From: Octopus vulgaris
Lineage: Eukaryota
Reading direction: 5' to 3'
DNA length: 64,000 nt
Assembly (NCBI GenBank): GCA_951406725.2
Contig: OX597835.1
Span: 9,982,001-10,046,000, forward strand
Shown in pieces: positions 43,263 to 56,831 of this stretch; the stretch's first letter is position 1; each line of letters starts with the position of its first letter. The position numbers and the translations under genes were made by a program. The notes beneath the pieces were generated by a model that was not told the DNA's origin, made no database searches, and saw only the letters and a program-made list of their open reading frames with translations.

Positions 43263-43447
<185 letters not shown>

Positions 43448-43452
43448 GTATG

Positions 43453-43504
<52 letters not shown>

Positions 43505-44112
43505 ATTCACAGATACTAAGGAATGTATGTCTTCTTGTAACTCTTGTAAATTCAATGCTTCTAGTGGAACCGTAGACTGGTAATCAGTGCAATAGTTCAA
43601 TGGACAATTCGGTAGATAACTGAGATAAAGAATTGGCGTAAGACTTCAATAAAACAGTTTTGATAATGTAACAATCTTCAATCTTTTTCCAAACGTTTCC
43701 TCACAATAAGGTGGCTTACATCTATTCCGATGTAATTTACTTAACAATGATAGCATGTCGAGTCAGTTGTAATCAACCATTATTACATTTACAACTTATC
43801 ACTACCCGTCCTCATCCTCGTCATTATCGACGCCATCTTTTATTCCTATTATTTTATTCTTTCCTTCATCTCCACCCCGCTATTTCTTCTCCATTTTCTT
43901 CTGTATTCACAATATATCAATATGTGCTTATATAACTTATATAATCAATATATTGTTATATAATCTTTCAGGTCTGGACTGTCTCTGTTTTCACATTGTA
44001 TCGTCACTTAACCATTATATCAGACCTCATAAATCGATAACATTGCAACGACATTTTCATACAGCTACAAATGATGTGGTCTCTATATTCATTGTTTAAT
44101 ATATAGTCTCCG

Positions 44113-44335
44113 AAGGCGGCGAGCTGGGAGAATCGTTAGCACACCGAGCTTATTGCTAAACGGCGTTTCATTCGTTTTCGCGTTCAAGTTTTTACGTTCA
44201 AATTCCGCCAAGGTCTATATTGCTTTTCATCTTTTTGTGGCCGACAAAAATAATTAGCTGTTAAACACTGAGATCGAAGTTATTGACTAGCTGCTCCCAC
44301 GAAATTGCTGCCTTGTGTGAAAATTTGAAACTAAT
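44113..44335 (+). mobile_element. SINE family C-related older subfamily with different tail
   Basis: Head aaggcggcgagctgg; tail ccttgtgtgaaaatttgaaactaat shared with 57275-57495. Confidence 0.75.
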
Positions 44336-44602
44336 GTATAGGTCTCCATATGTTGCTATATCACAATATATATATATATATACATCAACGTCTTTTTCTA
44401 TGCTAAGTTATAAAAGCAATTTTACGTAAACCTGAAGGATTACTCACAACTGTTGTAGAGTACAAATTTATTATTCCTTAATAAGAACAGTATTGACATT
44501 GGCATCGAAGTTCTTTCCAACTGAGCCATCATCGGACAATCCGAGGATGGATTAATTGGTCGAAATTTCGAAGCCAGTGTCAATATTATTCTTGTTAAAG
44601 AA

Positions 44603-44690
<88 letters not shown>

Positions 44691-44691
44691 T

Positions 44692-44917
44692 CAACTAAAA
44701 ATAAGGGTGTCTGAGAGACACCACCATGCCGAAATAGCAGTCAAATCTCTGACTCTAAGAACCACCTTAAATGTTCATATCGCACCATGAGATAAGACAG
44801 AGGGACAAAATAGACTAGCAAAATAATATTACTGAATAATAAGGTGGTTCTTAGAGTCAGGGATTTGACTGCTATTTCGGCATGGTGGTGTCTCTCAGAC
44901 ACCCTTATTTTTAGTTG
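44692..44917. repeat. Inverted repeat, ~78 bp arms, ~70 bp spacer
   Basis: caactaaaaataagggtgtctgagagacacc...aaccacctta / taaggtggtt...cacccttatttttagttg, about one mismatch. Confidence 0.95.
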
Positions 44918-45038
44918 CAAAAAAGTATTACCTTTGTATGGTATTTATTCCCATGTTGGCCACTTGATAATACCGATATTTAAATGTCGATATTATCCTT
45001 ATTTATTGATTAAACCTCGCTAAGTTAAATATTTAAAT

Positions 45039-45101
45039 CACCTGAAGAATGACTGTAACTCGAAATTTTAAGAATTGGACAGCCATGAAACGATCGTAGT
45101 G
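45039..45101 (+). ncRNA. Type I hammerhead ribozyme motif with palindromic stem III
   Basis: cac CTGAAGA atgactgt..acagccat GAAA cgatcg TA gtg. Confidence 0.75.
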
Positions 45102-45236
45102 TTATATTAATTATCTTTTTTTAATAATTTTGATATATATTTAAAATAATATAAATTAATTAATCTTATGTATTGGCTTAAGTTTTTCATTGTATGATTT
45201 GCCTAATAGTGGTTTTATCTCTAATTTAATATAACA

Positions 45237-45297
<61 letters not shown>

Positions 45298-45309
45298 TCT
45301 GTAAAAAGC

Positions 45310-45860
45310 ATAGATCCAAAGGAAGAAGCACACTCTAAGATGTAGAGCAGTATATATTAAAAATGGGGAAGGCCGGTTTATGGGATTACCTTGTGTTCCC
45401 CGCCCATAAAGAGTTTAACTTTATGGCTTTAAACCATCGGGTTGATCATCTTCATGGAATCATTTCTTCAGGCGATATATCATTAATGGATGTACAACAG
45501 GGGGATGTTTATCCCTTTTTACCAGTGCGAAGGTTGATTGAGTTCTGTGAGTATTTCTGTGTGTGTTTGGTGGGAAAGAAGGGCAAAGAGAAGGAAAGAG
45601 AAGAAGGAATGGTAGTTATATGCGGATGGAGGTGTGTGGTGATGTTGGACTTATTTTGCTATTCAGTCTGTTGATGTCAAGGACGGGTAATACATTCCTT
45701 TGTTCGATCTCGTTTGAGGCATGACAATCTTCAATGAAGTCTGAAGTCAACAGGTCAGCCGGTACAGACACTGCAGCCATCAGCTGTTGGAGTTCATTGT
45801 CTGAAATGATAAGTGATACTTTCTTAATCTGACCTTTTAATTGCTTTAGCAGAATCAACA
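45310..45860 (-). mobile_element. Degenerate Penelope-like element thumb/linker region
   Basis: 'ILLKQLKGQIKKVSLIISDNE' resembles PLE 'ILKQLPxxIxxRxSxxSSNE'; downstream 'YPPVVHPL' resembles 'FNPP'. Confidence 0.5.
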
Positions 45861-46099
45861 GCTACACCACCACCACCAAAAACCAAAAGACAAATTAGGA
45901 AAACAACATCACCAGCAACACCACCACCATCACAAACGCCGACCAAAGCAACATCAACAATGAACAAGAAGAGAAAAGAAAAAAAAACAAATTATTCACA
46001 CATACCACGTGTGAATTCAACCTCCGACGCTATCATCACCATCCTTAACACCAACACATTTGCTGAAAGTGACAAAAAACCGCAAATCGAGAGTTAACG

Positions 46100-46720
46100 G
46101 TTTCGCAGGTGCAGTGCGTCAAGCGCAAGATGTAAAGCTGTCAAAAGATGATTTTAAAAAGTGTGTTAAAAAGAAATGGAAGAAGAATAACACTTAGCAC
46201 CTCTGAAGACGTCGTAGAAGACAGGTTCAGAAAGTCAATAATATACAAAAAGATAGAAATGAAAAGCAATAAACTAGAACGGGTGACACGCAGACAAACT
46301 TGAGAAGTGTCTAAGACCAATATGGGACACGGAAACATATGTTGCAAGGATGAGCGAAATAGTTACTGTAGAGGTGAGAGTTCTGGTACCAACATAACTG
46401 GGCCGTCGCGAAGCGAAAATTAAAATTGGAGACATACTACCAGAAATACATATCTTCGGATTCGTGACAGCTGTCCTCCTGGACATAAAGGCAAATATCT
46501 TGCAGGTACAGAAACTGCAAGGACAAAATTGGTTGTGGCAAGGTATGGAGTTGCTGGTACAGATGGATCACGATAGTCTTGAGGCAATCCCAGACATTAT
46601 AAGTTTTCAAGGTGGCACTAACCTTCACGTGGTCTTTGAAGGCAGGAAGCCGAAGTGTCACCTGTGTGAGGACACAAATCCTCTAAAGGCCTTTTGCCCA
46701 CAGCAAAAGAGAGAAGAGAC
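46100..46720 (+). mobile_element. Tx1/L1-like ORF1 remnant
   Basis: IPDIISFQGGTNLHVVFEGRKPKCHLCEDTNPLKAFCP, a degenerate CX2CX4HX4C knuckle in typical ORF1 context. Confidence 0.6.
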
Positions 46721-46769
46721 AACATGTTGGAAGTTCACGTTGTTGTTATGCCTAGTGTGCCATATATTT

Positions 46770-47087
<318 letters not shown>

Positions 47088-47267
47088 CATGAGAACTCTC
47101 GGTTTTATTTTGTTGGTTACGATGGGAAGTGTCAGCTGTCCACAACCAGCAGACTAATGTGACATTGTTTACTGATCATGCTTCAAGAACCCTGCAGAGA
47201 CTCTGACAATTCCAAACAATGACGATTTTTGTTCCAATTCTGTCGTTGGTCGGTTTTTTTAGTGTCA

Positions 47268-47813
47268 AAAGAAGAAGAAGAAGAAGAAGAAGAAGAAGAA
47301 GAAGAAGAAGAAGAAGAAGAAGAAGAAGAAGAAGAAGAAGAAGAAGGAGGAGGAGGAGGAGGAGGAGGAGGAGGAGGAGGAGAAAAAGAAGAAGGAGGAG
47401 GAGGAGGAGAAGAAGAAGAAGAAGAAGAAGAAGAAGAAGAAGAAGAAGAAGAAGAAGAAGAAGAAGAAGAAGAAGAAGAAGAAGAAGAAGAAGAAGAAGA
47501 AGAAGCAGAAGAAGAAGAAGCAGAAGAAAAAAAAGAAAAAAAGAAGAAAAATAAGAAGATGAAAAAGAAGAAAAAAAGAAGAAGAAAAGAAGAAAAAAAA
47601 GAAGAAGAAGAAGAAGAAGAAGAAGAAGAAGAAGAAGAAGAAGAAGAAGAAGAAGAAGAAGAAGAAGAAGAAGAAGAAGAAGAAGAAGAAGAAGAAGAAG
47701 AAGAAGAAGACGAAGAAAGAAGAAGAAGAAGAAGAAGAAGACGAAGAAGAAGAAGAAGAAGAAGAAGAAGAAGAAGAAGAAGAAGAAGAAGAAGAAGAAG
47801 AAGAAGAAGAAGA
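47268..47813. repeat. ~550 bp (GAA)n/(GGA)n polypurine tract
   Basis: Direct inspection. Confidence 0.97.
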
Positions 47814-48196
47814 ATGAGGGTGGTTGTGACATGGAGTTTTGTTAGAGAGGACTTAGTGGATGAAAGGGAAAAGAGAAAATGATGAAGATAACGATGAAGA
47901 TAAGGTGAAATGATAAATTGAGAGAGAGCAGTGGGGGGGAGTGGAAGGTCTGTGGATAGGAAACTATCTCCAGACGTGATTCAGTAATTATATAACTTTA
48001 TTGTACATCCACAGGGACGTATGATAGTTTATATAACTCTTGTAGATTGGTATAGAAACGCTGTGTATTGTTAATGATGTAGAAGGTGGTAATGGTGGGG
48101 GTGGGGTGGGGGTGTTAGTGGTGAAGGATTTTCCCATGTTTTTGGAGTAAATACTATTGTGTTTAAAAATGAATGCTTATATTCCTGATTGTAAAA

Positions 48197-48595
48197 TATT
48201 TATATATAAAAGTGAGGTTGTGTGCTGTCTGTCTCCTACGATTTAGATTCCTAACTACTCCCACATTTTGCGGTGCAGTTTAACAAAAACCGGGTATCTT
48301 ATAGCCGTGATTCATATCGAGCCCTTCTGGGTATTAGCGCGCGTCTACGATGAGTCTACGATTTAAAAAAAAAATTACCATCAATTTTTCCCATTTTTAA
48401 GGCATTTTTGGCATATATAAGGGAAGTAACTCTCTAAAAATTTATTATTAAATCTCAGAACGTAAAAAGCTACAGTAACACCACCACCCCTTTGTGGTTA
48501 GCCATATTGAGATGGCTATTATACTTTACATCTCTAAAAATGCTTATATAGTTATTTCCCTTACAAACCCGAGCAACGCCGGGCGATACTGCTAG
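48197..48595 (+). mobile_element. Non-autonomous Helitron, copy 2
   Basis: Near-identical to 9377-9775; hairpin plus CTAG|T end; 5' TC changed to TA. Confidence 0.85.
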
Positions 48596-48867
48596 TAGAA
48601 ATAAAATGATATACAGAATCAAGCGGATAATAGTTATCATGTGATTATTGTATTAGTAGACTCGACACAACGTTGTTCTTCCCTTATAAAAGAACAACCA
48701 GCGTCATAGATGAAGTAGGGCATTACAGATGTTAAATACTACACTGGGCCCTGCCTAGATTTTAACAATGTGTAGAACACAGTATGGACTTATAAAAACA
48801 TTTCGTATACTTTCTAGCATGTTATAGTTGCATAACGAAATACCGCGTACTTATAAGTCATTAAGTA

Positions 48868-51800
48868 TTTATTTCTTTATTGCCCACAAGGGGATAAACA
48901 CAGAGAGGACAAACAAGAACAGACAAACGGATTAAGTCGATAATATAGACCCCAGTGCGTAACTGGTATTTATTTTAATCGAACCGGAAAGGATGAAAGG
49001 CAAAGTCAACCTCGGCAGAATTTGAACTCAGAACGTGCAGGCAGACGAAATACCTTTTTTTTTTTACTAACCACAAGGGGCTAAACACAAAGAGGACAAA
49101 CAAGGACAGACAAACGGATTAAGTCGATTATATCGACCCCAGTGCGTAACTGGTATTTATTTTAATCGACCCCGAAAGGATGAAAAGCAAAGTCAACCTC
49201 GGCGGAATTTGAACTCAGAACGTGCAGGCAGACGAAATACCTTTTTTTTTTACTACCCACAAGAAGCTTAATCACAAAGAGGACAAACAAAGACAGACAA
49301 ACGGATTAAGTCAATTATATCGACCCCAGTGCGTAACTGGTATTTATTTTAATCGAACCCGAAAGGATGAATGGCAAAGTCAACCTCGGCGGAATTTGAA
49401 CTCAGAACGTGCAGGCAGACGAAATACCTTTTTTTTTACTAACCACAAGAGGCTAAACACAAAGAGGACAAACAAGGACAGACAAACGGATTAAGTCGAT
49501 TATATCGACCTCAGTGCGTAACTGGTATTTATTTTAATCGAACCCGAAAGGATGAATGGCAAAGTCAACCTCGGCGGAATTTGAACTCAGAACGTGCAGG
49601 CAGACGAAATACCTTTTTTTTTACTAACCACAAGGGGCTAAACACAAAGAGGACAAACAAGGACAGACAAACGGATTAAGTCGATTATATCGACCTCAGT
49701 GCGTAACTGGTATTTATTTTAATCGAACCCGAAAGGATGAATGGCAAAGTCAACTTCGGCGGAATTTGAACTCAGAACGTGCAGGCAGACGAAATACCTT
49801 TTTTTTTTTACTAACCACAAGAAGCTTAATCACAAAGAGGACAAACAAAGACAGACAAACGGATTAAGTCAATTATATCGACCCCAGTGCGTAACTGGTA
49901 TTTATTTTAATCGAACCCGAAAGGATGAATGGCAAAGTCAACCTCGGCGGAATTTGAACTCAGAACGTGCAGGCAGACGAAATACCTTTTTTTTTTACTA
50001 ACCACAAGAGGCTAAACACAAAGAGGACAAACAAGGACAGACAAACGGATTAAGTCGATTATATCGACCCCAGTGCGTAACTGGTATTTATTTTAATCGA
50101 ACCCGAAAGGATGAATGGCAAAGTCAACCTCGGCGGAATTTGAACTCAGAACGTGCAGGCAGACGAAATACCTTTTTTTTACTAACCACAAGGGGCTAAA
50201 CACAAAGAGGACAAACAAGGACAGACAAACGGATTAAGTCGATTATATCGACCTCAGTGCGTAACTGGTATTTATTTTAATCGAACCCGAAAGGATGAAT
50301 GGCAAAGTCAACCTCGGCGGAATTTGAACTCAGAACGTGCAGGCAGACGAAATACCTTTTTTTTTTACTAACCACAAGGGGCTAAACACAAAGAGGACAA
50401 ACAAGGACAGACAAACGGATTAAGTCGATTATATCGACCTCAGTGCGTAACTGGTATTTATTTTAATCGAACCCGAAAGGATGAATGGCAAAGTCAACCT
50501 CGGCGGAATTTGAACTCAGAACGTGCAGGCAGACGAAATACCTTTTTTTTTACTAACCACAAGGGGCTAAACACAAAGAGGACAAACAAGGACAGACAAA
50601 CGGATTAAGTCGATTATATCGACCTCAGTGCGTAACTGGTATTTATTTTAATCGAACCCGAAAGGATGAATGGCAAAGTCAACCTCGGCGGAATTTGAAC
50701 TCAGAACGTGCAGGCAGACGAAATACCTTTTTTTTTTACTAACCACAAGGGGCTAAACACAAAGAGGACAACCAAGGACAGACAAACGGATTAAGTCGAT
50801 TATATCGACCTCAGTGCGTAACTGGTATTTATTTTAATCGAACCCGAAAGGATGAATGGCAAAGTCAACCTCGGCGGAATTTGAACTCAGAACGTGCAGG
50901 CAGACGAAATACCTTTTTTTTACTACCCACAAGAAGCTTAATCACAAAGAGGACAAACAAAGACAGACAAACGGATTAAGTCAATTATATCGACCCCAGT
51001 GCGTAACTGGTATTTATTTTAATCGAACCCGAAAGGATGAATGGCAAAGTCAACCTCGGCGGAATTTGAACTCAGAACGTGCAGGCAGACGAAATACCTT
51101 TTTTTTTTACTAACCACAAGAGGCTAAACACAAAGAGGACAAACAAGGACAGACAAACGGATTAAGTCGATTATATCGACCTCAGTGCGTAACTGGTATT
51201 TATTTTAATCGAACCCGAAAGGATGAATGGCAAAGTCAACTTCGGCGGAATTTGAACTCAGAACGTGCAGGCAGACGAAATACCTTTTTTTTTTTACTAA
51301 CCACAAGGGGCTAAACACAAAGAGGACAAACAAGGACAGACAAACGGATTAAGTCGATTATATCGACCTCAGTGCGTAACTGGTATTTATTTTAATCGAA
51401 CCCGAAAGGATGAATGGCAAAGTCAACTTCGGCGGAATTTGAACTCAGAACGTGCAGGCAGACGAAATACCTTTTTTTTTACTAACCACAAGGGGCTAAA
51501 CACAAAGAGGACAAACAAGGACAGACAAACGGATTAAGTCGATTATATCGACCTCAGTGCGTAACTGGTATTTATTTTAATCGAACCCGAAAGGATGAAT
51601 GGCAAAGTCAACCTCGGCGGAATTTGAACTCAGAACGTGCAGGCAGACGAAATACCTTTTTTTTTACTAACCACAAGGGGCTAAACACAAAGAGGACAAA
51701 CAAGGACAGACAAACGGATTAAGTCGATTATATCGACCTCAGTGCGTAACTGGTATTTATTTTAATCGAACCCGAAAGGATGAATGGCAAAGTCAACTTC

Positions 51801-53750
51801 GGCGGAATTTGAACTCAGAACGTGCAGGCAGACGAAATACCTTTTTTTTTTACTAACCACAAGGGGCTAAACACAAAGAGGACAAACAAGGACAGACAAA
51901 CGGATTAAGTCGATTATATCGACCTCAGTGCGTAACTGGTATTTATTTTAATCGAACCCGAAAGGATGAATGGCAAAGTCAACTTCGGCGGAATTTGAAC
52001 TCAGAACGTGCAGGCAGACGAAATACCTTTTTTTTTTACTAACCACAAGGGGCTAAACACAAAGAGGACAAACAAGGACAGACAAACGGATTAAGTCGAT
52101 TATATCGACCTCAGTGCGTAACTGGTATTTATTTTAATCGAACCCGAAAGGATGAATGGCAAAGTCAACTTCGGCGGAATTTGAACTCAGAACGTGCAGG
52201 CAGACGAAATACCTTTTTTTTTTACTAACCACAAGGGGCTAAACACAAAGAGGACAAACAAGGACAGACAAACGGATTAAGTCGATTATATCGACCTCAG
52301 TGCGTAACTGGTATTTATTTTAATCGAACCCGAAAGGATGAATGGCAAAGTCAACCTCGGCGGAATTTGAACTCAGAACGTGCAGGCAGACGAAATACCT
52401 TTTTTTTTACTAACCACAAGGGGCTAAACACAAAGAGGACAAACAAGGACAGACAAACGGATTAAGTCGATTATATCGACCTCAGTGCGTAACTGGTATT
52501 TATTTTAATCGAACCCGAAAGGATGAATGGCAAAGTCAACCTCGGCGGAATTTGAACTCAGAACGTGCAGGCAGACGAAATACCTTTTTTTTACTAACCA
52601 CAAGGGGCTAAACACAAAGAGGACAAACAAGGACAGACAAACGGATTAAGTCGATTATATCGACCCCAGTGCGTAACTGGTATTTATTTTAATCGACCCC
52701 GAAAGGATGAAAAGCAAAGTCAACCTCGGCGGAATTTGAACTCAGAACGTGCAGGCAGACGAAATACCTTTTTTTTTTACTACCCACAAGAAGCTTAATC
52801 ACAAAGAGGACAAACAAAGACAGACAAACGGATTAAGTCAATTATATCGACCCCAGTGCGTAACTGGTATTTATTTTAATCGAACCCGAAAGGATGAATG
52901 GCAAAGTCAACCTCGGCGGAATTTGAACTCAGAACGTGCAGGCAGACGAAATACCTATTTTTTTTACTAACCACAAGAGGCTAAACACAAAGAGGACAAA
53001 CAAGGACAGACAAACGGATTAAGTCGATTATATCGACCTCAGTGCGTAACTGGTATTTATTTTAATCGAACCCGAAAGGATGAAAGGCAAAGTCAACCTC
53101 GGCGGAATTTGAACTCAGAACGTGCAGGCAGACGAAATACCTTTTTTTTTTACTAACCACAAGGGGCTAAACACAAAGAGGACAAACAAGGACAGACAAA
53201 CGGATTAAGTCGATTATATCGACCCCAGTGCGTAACTGGTATTTATTTTAATCGACCCCGAAAGGATGAAAGGCAAAGTCAACCTCGGCGGAATTTGAAC
53301 TCAGAACGTGCAGGCAGACGAAATACCTTTTTTTTTTTACTACCCACAAGGGGCTGAACACAAAGAGGACAAACAAGGACAGACAAACGGATTAAGTCAA
53401 TAATATCGACCCCAGTGCGTAACTGGTATTTATTTTAATCAACCCCGAAAGGATGAAAGGCAAAGTCAACCTCGGCGGAATTTGAACTCAGAACGTGCAG
53501 GCAGACGAAATACCTATTTTTTTTACTACCCACAAGGGGCTAAACACAAAGAGGACAAACAGGGACAGACAAACGGAATAAGTCAATTATATCGACCTCA
53601 GTGCGTAACTGGTATTTATTTTAATCGAACCCCAAAGGATGAAAGGCAAAACCAACCCCGGCGAAATTTGATCTCAAAACATAAAGACTGACAAAATGCC
53701 GCTAAAAAATTTTGCCCGGCGTGCTAATGGTTCTGCCAGCTTACCACCTT
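48868..53750 (-). repeat. Tandem array of ~26 SINE family C-derived ~185 bp units with one terminal head
   Basis: Unit = family C from GGTATTTC to the 3' end; only the right-most copy carries the tRNA-like 5' head (53700-53750). Confidence 0.97.
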
Positions 53751-53846
53751 AGTAGGTACATATATATATTATATTACAAATAATATGTACATAATAAAAT
53801 ATGTCTTTCCCATTCTATGTAGTATGATATTTATATCATATATATA

Positions 53847-53926
<80 letters not shown>

Positions 53927-53929
53927 ATA

Positions 53930-54140
53930 AAGTTAATCCAAACAAGAAAACACAGAAAAAAACATAGCAACGCGAGGACGTGGAATAATTAAAGTATTAT
54001 TTGACGCTCAGGAAAGAAGGGAAGGAGGGTTTAACGTTTCGAGCGGAGCTCTTCGTCGGAAACAAGGAGAAGGAAAGATCTCAAGAAGGGAAGACAGAGG
54101 AAAAAATATTTTTGCTGGTGGTGCTCAAGAGATCACATGT
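53930..54140 (-). mobile_element. PLE-type terminal repeat fragment with hammerhead-like motif at 54029-54063
   Basis: Minus: gttt CCGACGA agagc tcc gctc GAAAC GTT aaac; bounded by TA repeats. Confidence 0.65.
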
Positions 54141-54142
54141 TG

Positions 54143-54191
<49 letters not shown>

Positions 54192-54199
54192 GGCTTAAG

Positions 54200-54275
<76 letters not shown>

Positions 54276-54284
54276 GATAGATGA

Positions 54285-54373
<89 letters not shown>

Positions 54374-54399
54374 ATTAAGACGAAGAAATGACTGCGTAC

Positions 54400-55810
54400 A
54401 GACATACTTTTACAGCTTTCAGAGGATGATTCGTTCGATCATGTAAAAAGAATTTGATTAAAAGTTTGTAAATACAATTTTCAGTAGGATTTACACAAAA
54501 GAATTACAGAGATAAGGAACTCAAATACGATTTATATTCACTCTAATGAAATAAAAAAATCTATACGAGGTTGACAGTTCTATAGTGAAGTGATTCTTAT
54601 CAAACTCCATCACAATTCGTGTACACCAAATCACTATCTAATTCGCTAAATGATATAAACACCAATGAACAAAGGATTTCTTCCAAATTGAATATCAACA
54701 ACAGATATGAATCTGTTAACCCTGCGCGGCCATATTTCAGTTTTAAAGATTATATAAAGCTAGCTTCAGTAAATGATCCATCTGTCAGACTTTGCAACGT
54801 AACCAAATCTAATTAGAGATTATTGTTAAGAATCGCTTCGATAAAATTTTAACTGAGCTAATACATAATAATCTTAAGGAATAATGTACTGTGTTATTAA
54901 CTGATTTTAATTTTTTACTGTAAAATCTTGTTTTTAAATTTTTATATTTCAAAGTTTAGCATCATTCCTCCTCGATCTCTGAGTAGTATTTTTCTTTTCT
55001 AGCGTTCTCAGCTTCATTAGATGAATCGCTAAGATCAATGGTAATTAAATAAGGATTATAACGAATTGTTAAAAAACAAACCCTTTTACGAAATATCTCC
55101 ATTTAGATTTTTAAACCCTCTAATTTAACATCAACATGAGAATGAACGCTTACGTTGAGGTTATCAATCTCATTAGATTGTTCCTTCTCTGAAAGCTTGC
55201 CTTTTCCATATTTAGTAGGAGGTTTGTATAGAAATAATGGCCTCCTAATTTTCTGCAAATAAATGAAATCAATTTAATAAGCTTATGAAAACCTTCAGCC
55301 ATATTTTCAAAACATTTTAACCAAACATTATAGAAACTAACTTCAAATCCCTTAAATTTTCAGTAGTTAACGTTAACCTTTCTTCCCCGCTTTTTCTACC
55401 CTTTCTAAAAACGCAATGAAGTGATTAATTACGTACATGAAACATTAATCCACCCTAGAAATATTGTAAAGAATCTATTTAAGGATATATCTCTTAGAAT
55501 TTCTAATAGTTCAGATAACGAGCAAATCTGTAGAGAACATTCTCTTTATTAAGACGCTTTGAATAGAAACGGATTCCAGGATCTGATTGAATATACTAAG
55601 CCTAAATCTACGAACTTCAAAGATAAAGGGAAAAACACACATCTTGTTGAACGCGGCCTTCTGTTTCGAAGCAGCCATTCCTAAAATTTTCTTTTCTTTA
55701 AATAGAAACACTTTCCTCATGAAAATCGATATGGCATTTTCAGGAACTTTAACCACACCGAGTTTCAATCGAACTAGTTCTTCTAATATAATGAAAGTAA
55801 AAGCAGTCTA
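54400..55810 (+). mobile_element. Heavily degenerate Penelope-like RT
   Basis: ISSKLNINNRYE..PYFSFKDY..NDPSVRLCNVTKSN resembles PLE 'AKKLxLxDR..AFITLKDHK..NNPxxRLINPxKS'; later 'HPPRNIVK' and 'FNRT' motifs. Confidence 0.7.
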
Positions 55811-55856
55811 ACAACATATACATGTGTGTGCGTGTGCGTGTGTGAATGTATGCATT

Positions 55857-55887
<31 letters not shown>

Positions 55888-55950
55888 ACATATATACACA
55901 TGTATATATAAATATATATACACACACATATAAATATATATTATATATAC

Positions 55951-56358
55951 TCTCTCTTTTACTCATTTACTTGTTTCAGTCATTTGACTGCGGCCATGCT
56001 GGAGCACCGCCTTTAATCGAGCAACTCGACCCCGGGACTTATTCTTTTGTAAGCCCAGTACTTATTCTATCGGTCTCTTTTGCCGAACCGCTAAGTAACG
56101 GGGGCATAAACACACCAGCATCGGTTGTCAAGCAATGCTAAGGGGACAAACACAGACACACACAAACACACACGCATATATATATACATATATACGACGG
56201 GCTTCTTTCAGTTTCCGTCTACCAAATCCACTCACAAGGCTTTGGTCGGCCCGAGGCTATAGCAGAAGACACTTGCCCAAGATGCCACGCAGTGGGACTG
56301 AACCCGAACCATGTGGTTGGTAAACAAGCTACTTACCACACAGCCACTCCTGCGCCTA
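55951..56358 (-). mobile_element. SINE family A, full length
   Basis: Complete reverse complement of the 63218-63606 type. Confidence 0.93.
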
Positions 56359-56393
56359 TATATATAAATATATATTATATATATATAAATATA

Positions 56394-56752
56394 TGTAGAA
56401 GAGGAAGAGTTTAGGTCCCTGGTGATCTAAACTAATAAGTGTACGGTCTGAACGCTCCAATTGATAAGCTACTAGGATCCAAGTTCACAACTGGGGCTGG
56501 AGTTGTGGAAGCCACAGTCCAGAAGGGAGAGAACCGGAGATCTGTAGCCTACCTGCGATCAGCAGGTATGCTTTAATCAAGAGGAAAACAGAACCAAGGC
56601 AAGACAAATCTTATCAGTTCATTTAAACGGGTTTAATGGCGAAACTTTATTACAATTAATATGAAATAAAGCTGAAGCAAGCGAACACCAAATGTATACT
56701 GTGTGTGTTTTCATTGGCTAAACTGGTCACATGACCATCCCCAAATACAACA
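56394..56752 (-). mobile_element. Possible solo LTR (~360 bp)
   Basis: TG...CA termini, flanks atata/atatt, and on minus a CCAAT box then AATAAA in LTR-like order. Confidence 0.4.
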
Positions 56753-56800
56753 ATATTTGTTTCACATCAAGAATCTTAGAAAACGAATACATACATACAG

Positions 56801-56827
<27 letters not shown>

Positions 56828-56831
<4 letters not shown>

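Noticed and set aside
48868-53750. CRISPR array or tRNA gene cluster
   Set aside because: Units are contiguous near-identical repeats with no unique spacers, no cas genes and no complete cloverleaf; they match a dispersed SINE.
48868-53750. Classical hammerhead retrozyme array
   Set aside because: Unit size fits, but I found no CUGANGA core paired with GAAA on either strand of the unit; other ribozyme classes were not excluded without a covariance search.
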